A DNA stretch of 64,000 nucleotides from Octopus vulgaris (GCA_951406725.2 OX597825.1:32550001-32614000); one strand, 5' to 3'; shown: positions 1 to 14,814, counted from the stretch's first letter. Notes: a model not told the origin generated them from the letters alone. Numbers and translations are program-made.

Positions 1-653
1 GCAGTTTACAGGCAAGATATAGTGACAGACAAAATGCAATTATAATCAAAATACAAAATACAGAAATAGAGGAATAATCAAAACCAAGAAGAAAAAAAGG
101 CTAGAAAAAGGCTTAGGTTGACTATGAATTACAATTCTATCTTTATGGTTAGATTATAAGGAAGAAAGTGCAAAACAGAATGAAGAATAAAAATAAGCGT
201 TTAAAGACAATAAGGCGATGAAGTGATGAAGACTGACCCATTCTGTACTTATCACCTATTTCCTTGTTTCTGTGAAGAATCTGAATTACCCTCTGTCTTT
301 CACGACAAAACAACTGGCTTCATTCCACATCAGAATCAGCCTGTATTCCAAATTAATTTAGTATCGTCTAGCTTTATATCCTTTTCTGAAACAATTAGAA
401 AAATTAGTAGGTATTTTCACCTCCCCACTCCAGTATACATATACATTCTTTTATATACTCACCTATAAGGTAGTGTATATACCTATTTATAGATGCACCA
501 CACAGAATCGTTTTTACATATATTCTTACTATTTTTACTGCTTATATCAATATCAATATACGTTGGGTTGGCAGTCTAACCCACATACAAAGTAATGTTT
601 ATATTTTTTATATGTGTATATTTTTATATGTGTGTATTTTTTACATGAGTATA

Positions 654-729
<76 letters not shown>

Positions 730-1002
730 AATCAAAATAAGCAAAAAGGATATCCAGAGGTAATGAAGTACGATCATTTCATGCAACTCCATTTAATTTA
801 ACAATGCAATCATTGATGTAATGATTGCATTGTTCAATTAAATGGAGTTGCATGAAACGATCGTACTGCATTACCTTTGGATATCCTTGCTGCTTATTTT
901 GATTTTAATCACATTATTTTGAAATTGTATGGATAATACCGTACTAAATTCTGGTGCCTCAACTTAAGTACCATATTCATCTGAATCTAAATTTTTGTTG
1001 AA

Positions 1003-1006
<4 letters not shown>
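730..1006 (+). mobile_element. Fold-back PLE-like relic between (TA)n/(GA)n tracts
   Basis: Arms 730-814 and 820-904 are colinear inverted repeats (about 6 mismatches). The right arm carries the 3' half of an HHR (GAAACGATCGTA, 854-865). Microsatellites flank both sides. Confidence 0.6.
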
Positions 1007-1058
<52 letters not shown>

Positions 1059-1129
1059 CAACCAATTAAAATATTCCCACAAACCGCATCCACATTCAAC
1101 AATAATGAAAAATCTGATGTTGGCAACTT

Positions 1130-1490
1130 CATCTGCTGACCAACATGAAAATCAAAGTGCTGCAGAGGAACTGGGGAAGCAAAAAAATTAAACAGAACCC
1201 AAAAGTGTTCTATTCATGTGCAAATAAGTATAAGACCGTTGTCCCAGCCGCTGGTCCACTGATCAATGATAATGGCATTCTCCAACATGATGCTAAAGAA
1301 AAGGCAGAAGTACTGCAGAAACAAAACTGCTCTGTCTTTAGCAATCACACTAATATTGACGTAAGGGATGTGAACGAAGTCGATCCTTAACATATAATCA
1401 CGGACGAAACCTTTACTGCCTCAGAAATCATGGCAGCAATAAATGAGATCTAATACTATTCTACTGTGGGCCCTGATAGATTCCCAACTA
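1130..1490 (+). pseudogene. CR1/L2-like LINE ORF2 fragment
   Basis: Peptide IKQNPKVFYS...GPLINDNG...KEKAEVLQKQNCSVFS resembles the inter-domain region of CR1-clade ORF2; interrupted by stops. Confidence 0.65.
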
Positions 1491-1601
1491 GTCACAAGAA
1501 GGAACGTAGACACTAATTTGCAGTCCTACTGACCAACCTCTATATATATATTCACAAACAGACAGGCAGAGAGATAGATAAATAGACAGACAGACATATA
1601 G

Positions 1602-1675
<74 letters not shown>

Positions 1676-2278
1676 GTTTACCCGGTTGGTCACACATATA
1701 AGAAATTCATCTGAAAAGACCAAATCTAGTGGAAGAAAAGAAACAAAACTATATAACCGAAAGAGACGTAAATTCCCTTTCATCGAATGTCTTCTAGAAT
1801 TCATCGCGACGCCTTAGGACAGGATCGCTTCCACCGAATATTGTCAGTAAGGAGTGGGACAGAAAGTACTGCAACTTCAGAATGCGACAGTGGAAATATG
1901 ATTTATAGGATAAGAAAATTGTGTTTTCGAACGAGATGACAGAGAAAAAAAAAAAAAAAAAGGGAATTTTTTTCATATAGAGTAAAGTAAAAGAAACCAA
2001 TACGAGGCATTGGAGCACAAAACAAATCTGGAAACAAAGAAAATATATATTTAGTTTGTTTTTGAAGGTTGTCCTTGAAGATGTTGCAGAGATTGATTGC
2101 AGTGACAGAAAGTGAAACAGAGAGGAGATAGAGAGGGGAGGGGAGGGGGACAGACCGACAGACAGAGAGAAAAAACGACATGTTCTAGAAGAAAGACGAG
2201 ATCAAACAGGAAAAGAAAAGAAAAAAAACAGACGAAAGTGGAAGGTGTAACAGAGAAATGAGGGGAAAAGGATAGAAT

Positions 2279-2845
2279 TTAGTGAGCTGGAGCATTGCCC
2301 TGATGAAACAAGATCCCCTTCGTCAGTTCTGTTGGGCGTTTGGTATTGATAGACTTTCGTAACTGCCTCAGCAAGTTGGCATAGTACTCTCCATTGAAGA
2401 CATGGTCCTTTTCAAGATAGCCAATTAACACAATGCTTTTTGCATCCGGAAAAATCTGAGGCCATAACCTTCTCTGCAGATAAAACAACCTTGGCCTTCT
2501 TTGGAGCGGTTGTGGAAGAATGTTTCCACAGCATGGACTGTATCCGTCTCTGTCTCAAGCTCAAAGTGATGAACCCAACGCCCATCCTGAATTAGGAAAC
2601 GTTCAAGGAAACCAACCAATGTCATCGAGCAGAAGTCTTCATCATGCAAAGTTCATAGTGCAGAATATTCTCGATTCTCTCACGGGATATGCTTATGGCT
2701 TTGGCCATTTGATTTCTAGTCAATCGCCTATCAGCCATCAACATGCGGCGAACACGATTAGTGTTTTTCTCGGCAGTGGCAGTGGCATTCCATTTGCAAA
2801 TTACTATATACTTTTCTAGCGACTCACTGTCGCTGATCTCGTAAA
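2279..2845 (-). mobile_element. Decayed mariner transposase
   Basis: Frameshifted motifs WVHHFE.ET, GEYYANLLRQLRK and FHQGNAPAH (HDNAPAH-like). Confidence 0.8.
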
Positions 2846-2846
2846 A

Positions 2847-2886
<40 letters not shown>

Positions 2887-3121
2887 TTATATTAAATCTC
2901 TGAGCGAGATATAAACAGTAGCGTTACGGAACCGTAACATATATTTGCCAACTAAGTGTGGCGTCCTATACAGGACAGTGCTACTGTTGTTTGTGGCCCC
3001 AGGAAGACATCTCATATATATATATACAGATATAGAGTAAAGAATTATTAATTTAATAATTAACAAATTTTCCAAGTAGTTTCGGTATGGAAACTTTTAC
3101 ATTAGAAACTTTTACAAAAAG

Positions 3122-3205
<84 letters not shown>

Positions 3206-3564
3206 CATGTACATATATAATTGTTATTATGTGGGAGTGTATGCGTTTGCATGTTTTTATGAATGTACACATGTATATATGTAAGTATGTATGTATGTAT
3301 GTTAGTATGCATGTGTATACTTGTAAGGGTGGGTGCATGCCAAGTATGTATGTATATTAAACCATATTCAGCACAAATCGTAAGCATTTTCGCTAGTTTC
3401 GATGTTAGTTGTGATAGTGCACAAACGAAGAACTCTCTTGACAAGGTTTTGGTTGGCACAGAGCACCACTTGGATTCGAAGTATACTTAGATACACACAC
3501 ACACACACACACATACACATACACACACACACATACACACACATATACATACACACACATATAC

Positions 3565-3735
3565 AGGCGCGTGGTTTAGTAGTTAGGGTGTTGCACTCAT
3601 GATCGTAGAATCGCGGTTTCTTCTCCTGGACCGAGCGATGAGTCGTGTTCTTCATTTAACATTGCTCCAGTCAACTCAGTAGGCAAAACGTCCAGGAATA
3701 CGGTAAACCGGATCTTACGAACCTATAGCTCGGGA
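3565..3735 (+). mobile_element. Degenerate SINE-like fragment
   Basis: tRNA-like head GGCGCGTGGTTTAGTAGTTAGGGTG with a weak B-box-like motif downstream. Confidence 0.45.
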
Positions 3736-3865
3736 AGGGCTTTTGACTCTTCTTTTTCTTTGATACACATATACATACACATACATAGAAGCATATAAAC
3801 ACACTGTCACACACGCACAGCACTTGCACGCATATGTATATCTATATATATATATATACACACAC

Positions 3866-3944
<79 letters not shown>

Positions 3945-3945
<1 letters not shown>

Positions 3946-4007
3946 TAGCTGAAGGTGACCCGCTCTACGCGCGGGTAAGAGTGTGGTATATATATATAAA
4001 TGTATAC

Positions 4008-4053
<46 letters not shown>

Positions 4054-7000
4054 CAGATATATTCACTTTGTATATATAAAAATTATTATATATACATATT
4101 TATATATAGATACACACACACACATATATAAATTAACCCAATAAATATCTGATTCATAATATTTGTTGTCATGATTGAGTGGTTGTTGTGGCGATGATAA
4201 TTCTCTGTATGAATGCAGACAGACGTAGAGAGTGAGAGTGTGTGAAAGCGCTGTGGAAGGTAGGGGGGGTAACGGACGCTGTGAAACGACGTTATAAAGA
4301 GAAAGTGAATGTAAGGTAGGTAGACGCTGTGAAACGACGTTATAGATAGAATGTGTAAGGAAGGGAGAAAAGTGAGTGAGTGATGGAGGAAGACAGATAC
4401 ATAAAAGAATGAGAGTGTTGGATGTTTTGTTTGTTGGACCAATGTATTGAGGTAGTATTGTTTTATTGTTTTAAAACGAAAGAGGCAATGTGTTTGTTTC
4501 AAAAATTAAAACATCTGTAATAGTGAATGAAATTAGAATTCACACCCAGCTCAGTTTTGTAGAAAGAGTATCACGATGTGAACTCATGAATTGGGAGTTT
4601 GACTGAGAGAGTTTATATGGTGACACATGCCAGTCCTTTCGACACCACCTAAACAATGGAATAGTGTATAAAATGTAATTAACAACTCATTCACTTTATG
4701 AATGTCTTATGTTAGCGAAGAAACAATAACTTGACAAAACCGTTTAATGGAGACGTAGAAGGAATCGGAAAATGAGGAATAAAGAGAATGAGTTGGATCA
4801 AATGTTTGCAAACATCTGAACCCAAAGTTCTTTATGAACCATGTTCTTTTTAATGTCTTTATTTTCAAGAATGAAGAGATAATGAAGAGGTGCAAAATAA
4901 AAAATCAAGCAAAATTTCATGAGAGATCCTGGAAGTTGGTTTCGACGTCAGGTAAAACGGCTCTTATAAGTTCTTCTACATTTGGAACGAAATTCCCAAA
5001 AGGCAACCGAATATGCTCATCATCAACGAAAGGCAAAACTCCATCACCAAGATCTAATAGGTGTTTTGCGAAAGCCTCAGACTCCACATCACCATGTAGG
5101 TGGACTCTCATGTTTGTTTGAAGATGGCGACTGATAACACTGTGCCACACATAAGAATGCTTTATACATGCATTAACCTCATCGGCTCTAGTGCCTGCTC
5201 GGACAACAGGAAGAGTTTGTCGAAAATCTCCTGCCATGAGAAACGTAGCTCCACCCATTATTTTTGTATTGTGACGCAAATCTTGGAGAGTTCTGTCAAG
5301 AGCCTCAAACATGGCCTTATTACTCATTGTAGCCTCATCCCCCCCAAAAAAAGACTGCATTCACGAAGAAGTCTTGCTCTTGAGGAACTACGATCTATAT
5401 TACATATAAGATTATCTTTCTTTCCAATGTCCATGGGCAATTTGAATGCCCTATGTGCCGTACGGCGGCCTTGAAGCAGTGTCGCTGCAATACCACTTGA
5501 GGCACATGCAATGGCAATTCGACGTTCAGCGCGCAGCTTTGCGAGAATCAAATAGATAACGAAAGTTTTACCAGTACCACCTGGAGCATTCAAAAAGAAA
5601 AGCTTTCCTTGGTTCAATCTAACGCTTTCAATAATTTCATTATAAATCTCTCTTTGTTCAGGCAAAAGTCTTGGTTCATCTCGCGTACTTGTTTCCGTCA
5701 ATTCGGCAATGTTGTAGTTTTTTTCTGACATGTATTCAACATCCAAAGGCGCTTCATGATGGACAGGTGTTGGCAGATGGAATTCACTTAAACCGCGTAT
5801 AACATAGCGTCTGATGTGTCTGTCCATGTCGATTAATGCCTCATTATAAACATCGTCGTTGCCATCACGTAACGCTAAATTAGCCTGTATGTCCTTTGAT
5901 AGGCTCTGTCTGAACGATTCCCAAAGGTTAAAAGGGTTGCTGGGATTACAGTGGATTAATATGCTACAAAACAATCGACGCATTTGCCATGGCAGTTTAC
6001 AATTTGAGGCCTCTGCTAATGTCCTGTGTAAGTGGTCGTCATTGAGAAGAAGTCCGCACCTCAAACATGCTTCCCTGTAAGTGGCGCAGATGATACCATC
6101 ATCCGTGCGAAGATCAGCAAAAGACTTTCGTCCAGTAACTACATGAAGTAGCATTCTCAAAGAGATTTCCTGTTTGGTAGGATGAATATTATACACACGT
6201 CCAATGACGTTCTTCCTAGAAACACCGGGCCAATTGTCAAGTTCTGTTCCATGTGACCTGCGCTTCCAATTATTATTGTTGTATGTGTAATATTCCGGTA
6301 CTTCAGGGTAAATGAGAGTAGCAGCAAACTCATCAACTGAACACAATTTTAAAAATGCTGTAAGCGTAGTCCCTTTTGGATTTTCAATGACTTGATGTGC
6401 ATTTTTCTCTGTGAAGTAAACCAGCTGTGTCTTCTGTAAATGAACATTTAGGTGGAAAACTGATGATGAGCTTAGATGAATCTCGTATCCAAAAATGCGC
6501 CACGCTGCATAATTGGAGGATACATACCTACCGAAAACGAATTGTTTAATTTCGTCATGTCTAAGGTCTTCATCACTGAACACAAACACGGCCATATCAT
6601 CGCCCTTATTAATGTACTTGCAGAGGTATTGTATGCATCTCACCGAACTGCAGTACTCAACATTAATGTGTGCATTAAATGTTTTGGAAAGCAAAAGGTT
6701 GAATGGAACGATCCAGGCATTATCAACATCGAATGTTTTTAGCCGTTGTCTAATTGTAGTTGTGCGGCCACCCAAACCTGGGTCACATATATGAAAGAGA
6801 GGACGGGAAAATGAAATATTTTGCAATGTAAACATGATTTGTTTTAAGAGAAAGATTGTCATGATTGTATGTTGGTGGTGGCGATGATAATTATCATTAG
6901 GAAAAACATAAGACCCCTTTTCACATTTTGATGAAGAGAACCCGATTTCATTCGGGTCTACTGGGGCCACATATAGGTGTGTGTGTGTGTGCACGCTGTA

Positions 7001-7533
7001 GAAATTAAATTAGAGATCAAACCACTAAAAGGGAAATGAAACAGTAAAAAAAACGCAAACATAAAAATAAAAATATAATATTAGATATATGTATATATAT
7101 ATGTGTGTGTGTGTGTTGACAGGTAGACAATAGAATGCGATGGCGATGGGGATGGCGATGTAATATTTGTTACTGTCCATGAACGCTGATAGATACATGA
7201 GTAAAATGTATAGGAAGGTAAGCGATAAGAGTGAGTGAAAATGTTCTTGGAAGAGAGTAAATAGCGACAGAGTGATTTGAGGAAGACTTTACATTAAATA
7301 ACGGTAGTTGCATTGTCAAATGAAGAGGAGTGACAGAGTACTGGAGGAAATAGGGTGAGGTAGGAAGATGGCCCCTAGCAACCACACCTTTTAAGATAGG
7401 GATTTCTAAGGTAGCCCACGCGCATCGTCACCTCATTCTACATGTCCCTGTAAATTTTGGAGCGAATCGGACGGGATGTAGTGGCATTGAAAGCGAACCA
7501 AGCGGTAAAAACGCATTTCAGTTTTATATATAG

Positions 7534-7534
<1 letters not shown>
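3945..7534 (-). mobile_element. Helitron, internally deleted, both termini present
   Basis: Minus-strand 5' TC at 7534-7533 after an A. 3' hairpin ACCCGC/GCGGGT (3958-3976) followed by terminal CTAG (3948-3945) and T. Sits within (TA)n and contains RepHel remnants. Confidence 0.9.
4917..6790 (-). pseudogene. Helitron RepHel fragment (Rep C-terminus plus PIF1-family helicase N-half), frameshifted
   Basis: Rep motif HINVEYC...YLCKYINKG; Walker A APGGTGKTF; ASSGIAATLL..RTAH..FKLP; after a frameshift near 5340, DEATM and GDFRQTLPV. N-terminus and helicase C-half are missing. Confidence 0.92.
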
Positions 7535-7594
<60 letters not shown>

Positions 7595-7617
7595 AATATA
7601 TATATACATATATATAC

Positions 7618-7662
<45 letters not shown>

Positions 7663-7773
7663 TACATATATATAGTTAATCCAAACATGAAAGCACAAAA
7701 AAAACACAACAATGCGAGGACGTGAAACAAATATAGTATTATTGGACGCTCAGGAAAGAAGGAAAGAAGGAGA

Positions 7774-7808
7774 GTTTAACGTTTCGAGCGGAGCTCTTCG
7801 TCGGAAAC
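7774..7808 (-). ncRNA. Minimal type I HHR-like motif, CCGACGA variant core
   Basis: GTTT-CCGACGA-A-GAGC(TCC)GCTC-GAAA-CG-TT-AAAC; stems I and II pair; inside a (TA)n-flanked unit at about 7671-7880. Confidence 0.55.
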
Positions 7809-9285
7809 ATAGGAGAAGGAAAGATCCAGAGAAGGGAAGAAAGAGGAATAAAATCGCCAACGGTACACACGCGGTCACATGTATATATATATATATCTAC
7901 TGTGCGGTTTAAATTTAAATTACCTGACATATAATCTTTATTTAGTAGCCAACATACATCCTTATAAATCGGAAGAGAAACTGCGAATATATTTCAAACT
8001 GTAATATATTTCAAGCTTCCCTTCACTGGCTTCTATATTTAGAAAGGTCACAGAATATATAAGGAAAAATTAAAAGTAGACAGTCGAGTCAAAGATTATA
8101 AAATTACATCATCTTACAGTCTTTCAGTGAAGATAATAGCAAAATTATACAATTCGGGCGAGGCAGGTTTTTCTAGGACTTCAGTTCGCCAGAAATTCAT
8201 GCGACTATGAATCTCTGATGAAGTGTAGATCTAGAATACTCTTACCGGATTGCATAATTCGGTCATTATCTTTACTGAAAAACCTATAAGAAGACGTAAT
8301 AAATGTATAATTGATGAATCAATTTTGGTTTATCTTTCTCTGCATGTATATATATATCTGTGTGTGTGTGTATGTGTGTGTGTGAGTGTGTGCGTATGTG
8401 TGTGTGCGTATGTGTGTGTGTGTATGTACTTACATGTATGTATTTATGCATGCAAGTTTTTACTGGTGTATAAAGGACTGGTGGATTCTTCCATTGATTT
8501 CGCAGTCTGATTTCTTTGTTCGATCGACTGGGCGACTTTATCAGTTAATTAACAAGCGAAAGGGTAGAGCATATACGTATAGAAATATCAATACTGATAT
8601 TTCCTACACGATTTTTAGAATATCTTTTTACATGTATGATAGATTACTCTTTTACGGATATAATAGAAACCTTCTTCATTATGTCTCATTTTAATGCATC
8701 GAGTACTTTAAACACATATACATATATGCGTACGGACATACATACATACACATGCGTACATACGTGTGTATCTACGTGTGTTAGTTATACTCTATTGTGT
8801 TTAATGCTGATATATTTGACTAAGACACCCACTGAGTTGCTTCAGACAATTTTGATGCTGGCGTTAATTACAAAATTGTATTTACTTCATCCTGCCAAAG
8901 AACAGAGAGCTGATAGAAATTTGAAGATATCGCCTGAAGAAGTTAGACTTCCCTGTCAGGATAGCAAAACGTCGTTCTATTCTTAGAATCACAATTCTGC
9001 CTCCATAAGCGTTGACCAATCTGATCAGACCACGAATAACCCGACAGCAACAGATATATACATATATATACACATATACTCACGTTTGCACACACACACA
9101 CATACACACACACACACACACACACAAATACATACATACAAGGTAAAAGACATATAATAAATGCACAAAACAAACAGGAAACAGACAAAGGTCACCATCG
9201 CTTCAGTTATCGGCCGGAGGTTCAAACGCAATTTCGCACTTCATATATATATATATATATGACGCAGGTAGATAATATATACATA

Positions 9286-9690
9286 TCTATTATATAAAAT
9301 TCGTTCTGTCTGTCTGTCTGTGTGTCATCTAGGATCTCGGACATCATCCATCCGATTGCGCTCAAATTTGATATATAGATACCAACGGTATCAGGGCGTG
9401 TATAAGTCTTGAAAAAATTACAAAAATCGATTCCTGGTGAGAATGCGATCGATAAAGCCCTGGGAATGTGCATTTGTACGCGCAAGTACATTAGCTGTTG
9501 CGATCGATATTACGCGTATGCGAGAAAAATGCACGTGCAGTTTGCGCAAAAAAAGCCGGCTGGCTTGAAATGATGCCACAAAATGCAGTATATAATCTTT
9601 TGCATATTTGTGTGAATAAAATCGTTTTTCTTTGGAATAGAAAAATATCTATCTTTATTTCTTCTTTTGCTGGTGTCTCAAATTTAGGTT
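9286..9690 (+). mobile_element. Non-autonomous Helitron-like 5' fragment
   Basis: A|TCTATTATATAAAA start, (CTGT)n, then CCGATTGCGCTCAAATTT, similar to the 5' end of the 3945-7534 Helitron. No 3' end found. Confidence 0.55.
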
Positions 9691-11384
9691 AAATCAGTGT
9701 TTCTCAAAGGGGGAGCCTATGGGACGGTCGGGCAAGTTGTTTTGAGAAAGCTTGGATTAAATGTTTGACAACTCAGCACCGTCCATTGTACGGGGGGCGT
9801 TTTGCTCGTATACACACACACACGCACGCACACACACACACACGCACACACACACACATATATATGTATATATATATATATGCGTACACATATTAAAGTA
9901 TTTATATAAAATTTTTCCTGTTTATCCCCCTCTCTATCAACTGTAGCGATGGCTGTATATTAAATCGAAACAGTGAGCTAGAGAAGAATCTTCTTTAAGA
10001 ATACCATATGATTTTTCCATTTACTCCGGAAATCAGATATATCTACTCAAAATTGCATTATCCTTTAACAGTTTTATATACCAATCTGTCTTTTGTTGAG
10101 GAATGCCATCTTTGAAACTATTTTTTATTTAAGAATGTCAAGTAAATTGAAGCAACGTGACTTGCAGAAAATATCTACTTTATTTTTTGTGGGGACGGTG
10201 GTGGGCCATATTTAACATCATTACTGGAATAACCATGAAATTTAATTTCACAGTTAAAAGGTTTAGGTTTTAGACAAGAATGTATTCAGGTGTAATTTAA
10301 TGGCGGATTATGCAATCTTTGAGATAAATTACAACGTGATGTGATATCAACATTTACATAATTTCACAGATTATACGAAACCTGCTCAGCTTGAATCAAT
10401 AGATTCCACTTGATCGTTATTTTTCTAGTCGTCTAAGTGTCATAATGGTTATTACTATAAATACAGCAACGAGAAATTTCTCATTAATTGCCCATAATTA
10501 TTCACGTTCCTGTTATTCCAAAGGTGATGCTTATATATATATAATGGATAGTTAATCTTTACCACAATGAAGATCAAGTTTGATAACATCCTGTATCGTT
10601 ACGAGGAAACTGGTCTACTGTTACAATCAAAATGCTGTGTACTTCAAAGTAATTTGATCTCACCTTAGAATGGTGAAATTTGCAGCCTGTTTTATTATTT
10701 AGTATTTCTTTAATATTTCTGTTTTAATATTTCTTTTTAGGCAAAAGTAGTGATAACTAAATCAATGACATTTGTATTATCACGAAATATTTGGTATCAT
10801 CACATGGAATTATTCTCTGTAGAACAAACACACACACACAGACACACACACACACACACACACACAGACACACACACACAGACACACACACACACACACA
10901 ACACACACACATACACACGCACATGCATTCCTGTCAAAGCGTATGCTTATATATATGTTATATCTGTGAGTGAGATTGTGTGTGTGTGTGTGTGCGTGTT
11001 TCTGTGTATACATATATATTTTTAGGAATGCATGTGTGTATATATATACGTAGACAGTTAGATATATAGATATCTATATGTATGTATCGAAATGTGTGTG
11101 CGTATTAATGTAAGTACGTGTGTGTGTGTGAGTGTATGTGTGTGTGTGTGCGTGAGTGTGTGGGTTATAAGGAGATGTAAATATTAGCGGTAGAGCCAAT
11201 GAACGAGTTTGTAGCCGTACAGCTTACCTTAATTAATGAATCTCATAAAACCGCATACGTCTTACAAAGCCACATTTTGTATTGACTGCTAAAAACAGTT
11301 CGGAACATTCTCTCTCACAGACAAACATCACGCACAAAAACCATACCCGCACATACAAACACATACACACATACACACAAACAA

Positions 11385-11424
<40 letters not shown>

Positions 11425-13224
11425 ACACACACACATATCAGTTTATACATTCATACATATACGCAGTCACATACACATGCAGGATAGTGAATATCTGTGT
11501 ATAAGTCAATATTTGTCTTACGTATATGTCTTTAAGACAAATTTCTCTGCCATTTTCAATTATACACACGCAATGCTGGGAAGCATTTTCATTTATGGGT
11601 TGTTTATGGGCATTTTTTCATATTACTTTTGATTATACACACCGTAGGATTGGCAGAGTATTTGATTAACTTAACCATTCTTATATATATATATATATAA
11701 AAAAAACCCTTCTACTGTATTGAATTCATTGTTGATTATTTCAAACAAATCTATTAATTTCGGAAGCTTGATACATATTAAATAATCGAACAAAACCGGG
11801 ATCAAAACCCGTTTCTTGTCAATTTCTTTTTTTTTTTTTTTAACCAATGAAATTAATCGCTACGGTTTGCTCCGAAACACACACTCTTGCTCTCTGTCTC
11901 TGACTTTCTATCTGTCTGTTTCTCTCTCTTTTTCACTCCCCCTCTCTCTCTTTCTCCCCCTCTCTCTCTCTCTCGCATACATAGATACACATACACTGCC
12001 ATTTATAACGTCATAATATAGATTTGGATTTACCGGTTTATATGACAAAGCAAGAAGGTACAACATCAAATGTTTTGAACAAAATCAACTGAAGTAGTTC
12101 TGCTTATGTCTCGTATCAGCCCTGATCGAGCTAGCGATCAGGTAGAGCTGTATTATTTGAAAACTTAAATGAATGTAATTAACAGTGAATATTTACAATA
12201 CAGTAACAAAGCTGAAAAAACAGAAGAAAAAAAAAACAGAAAAAATATTTTCGATTTTTTTAAAATTTTTATTTTTTTTGCTCTTGTTTGAAAGATAATC
12301 AATTTTGCCTTAAGATGTGCTTCCACTAGGCTTCTCTAACAGAATTGCAATGCATTTATAGTACATTCATATATGGCTGCATTCATACGAGCATGCGTGC
12401 GTGCATACAGTGTTTATATGTCGGATTTAGCATATTGTACATCAATGGCTGTTCCGTTGTAAGAAGCAAAGTAGTGTAGGTCGAATCGTTTACGTGAAAA
12501 ACATGTAAAACAGAATAAAAAAACAGAGAAGAAAACATAAAAAAAACAGCCAAAAACTCGATGATTTTTAAGATAGCTCATATGTTGTTGATTATGAATA
12601 CAAGTGATTTCTGATTCTATTATGATTTCGTCGTTGTTGCCGGAGCTTTGAGCGATTGGTTCGCGTTGAAAAACAGCAATGTTTAATATCGAGCTCAGCT
12701 AGTGATGACGTTACAATTTAATTATTGCAGCCATTGTCATTTCCAGAGGCTGAAACCTGAAGACAGTTAAATATCTAAATATCAACGTTAACTGCAGAAT
12801 TGGGAACTTAATTATGGAACGTTGCTAATTTAGTTACATCACGATATTGTGAAGCGATGACGTCAATAATCGGAGAAAATATAAGCAGATTTTGTATGTA
12901 CATACATACATACGTACGTACATAAATACATACAACGTACGTACATGCGTATGCATATACATACATACATGCATGCATGCATACATACATACGTATGTAC
13001 ATAAATACATACATACGTACGTAAGTACATAAATACATACATACACCGTACGTACGTGCGTATGTATGTACATACATACATGCATGTATGCATACATACA
13101 TATATACATATTTACACACACACATGTGGGGGTGAATGTGCGGGTGTATATGTATATACGTGCATACATGCATATATGTATAAACGTAGATACATGTATA
13201 TCCGCTCACATCTGTACAAATATA

Positions 13225-13275
<51 letters not shown>

Positions 13276-13851
13276 GCATATGTATGCGTGTGTATGTGTA
13301 TATATGTGTAAGTATATATAAAACGCTTCAAGGTAAGTACCCCAGCATGGTTTTAGTCCAACGATTGAAACAAACATTAGATAAGTATGTATGTGCGTAT
13401 GTATATTTGTGTGCGTGCACGGGCGCTTGTGTGTGTATGTATATACTATTTTAATGTCTGCCTGAGTACATGTTTTCTCAATACGTCCTCTGTCTTCTGT
13501 CGTTGTGTGTCTGTAAACGGTTGTTGTGTGAATCTCCCTGTTTTCGTCTCCTGGTTTTCTTTCATACATGAGATAATCAATTGAACGTTATCTTTTGGAA
13601 CTGTGTTTGTTAGATGTCAAGTTAATTATTGCCGAGATCAAATACTAGACTTCCTATGTCTGTGTCTTTGAGTCTGTCTCTGCTTCTCTTTGTGGTCTCC
13701 TCGACCAGAGCTAACATGGGACAAACCACCACCACCACCACCACCATCACCACCACCAATAACGACAACTACATGTAGAATTTGGACATTTACTTTCTTG
13801 TTTCGGTACACAAGAGGGGAAATGCAAATCTCCATTGTGACGTTCTAATGG

Positions 13852-13920
<69 letters not shown>

Positions 13921-14161
13921 TGTGTGTGTGTGCTTATGTGTGTGAAGCACAGAGAGAAAAGGTGAGTTTCATTGGCTGATATACATTTACACAAAAGCAG
14001 TTTCGATTCCAGGCTGTTTCTGTGCTCGCGTTCTACACCAGCCTGCAGCAAAGAGGGACGAAATCATGTATTCTGTTATTCCGTTAATGTATATAGTATA
14101 AATAAACATACAAACAGGCACAGATGTGTCTGTGTGCTAAGACGTTTCCTTCCCTCTTTGA

Positions 14162-14393
14162 AGGCGGTGAGCTGGCAGAAACGTTAGCACACCGGACGAA
14201 GTGCTTAGCTGTATTTCGTCTGCCGCTACGTTCTGAGTTCAAATTCCGCCGAGGTCGACTTTACCTTTCATCCTTTCGAGGTCGATTAAATAAGTACCAG
14301 TTACGCACTGGGGCCGATATAATCGACTTAATCCGTTTGTCTGTCCTTGTTTGTCCCCTCTGTATGTAGCCCCTTGTGGGCAGTAAAGAAATA
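14162..14393 (+). mobile_element. tRNA-derived SINE family A (Nin/Deu-like core)
   Basis: Head AGGCGGTGAGCTGGCAGAA...GAGTTCAAATTCC and core CCTTTCATCCTTTCGAGGTCGATTAAATAAGTACC; paralogs at 28718 and 60571. Confidence 0.8.
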
Positions 14394-14399
14394 AAAAGT

Positions 14400-14650
14400 G
14401 TCCTTCCCAGCTGGTTCCGTCCCACTGTGCGACACATTGATAAAGAGAATTCTACTTTTGCTTCAGGCCGACTAAAGGCTTGTGAGTGAACCTGGCAGAT
14501 GGAAACTGAGAGAATCCCGTCGTATACATATGTGTGTGCGTTCCTTTTTGTTTGTACCCCACCATCGCTCGACAACTGCTGTTGGTGTGTTTATGTCCCT
14601 GTAACTTAGCGGTTCGGCAAATAGATCCGATATAATAAATGCCAGTAGGA
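14400..14650 (+). mobile_element. SINE family B fragment
   Basis: Homologous to copies at 31383-31812, 49047-49445 and 54921-55368. Confidence 0.65.
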
Positions 14651-14795
14651 ATGAGAACCCAGGTTGGAAATTTCCCCAGGACACCTGAAGGAGGTTGGAG
14701 GGTATAACAGCCGAGACGTTGTGTTAACAACAATCAAGATGAGGACAAATATCCGTCAAATGTAAATAACGTACATAATTCCTGATCTCTCAAAT
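14650..14795 (+). mobile_element. PLE terminal fragment with degenerate HHR
   Basis: Homologous to 40330-40490; GACAC-CTGAAGG...CAGCC-GAGA-CGTT-GTGTT is a mutated version of the intact HHR at 39871-39916. Confidence 0.6.
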
Positions 14796-14814
14796 ATATA
14801 TATATATATATATA

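Noticed and set aside
8215-8245. CTGATGA hits here and near 2300, 16486, 17455 and 48825
   Set aside because: No stem II plus GAAA geometry.
9695-9800. hAT-like TIR start CAGTGTTTCTCAAA
   Set aside because: No matching opposite TIR or 8-bp TSD found.
12759-12800. CTGAAGA followed by a CAGTTAA/TTAACTG stem
   Set aside because: No GAAA...UH half or stem I.
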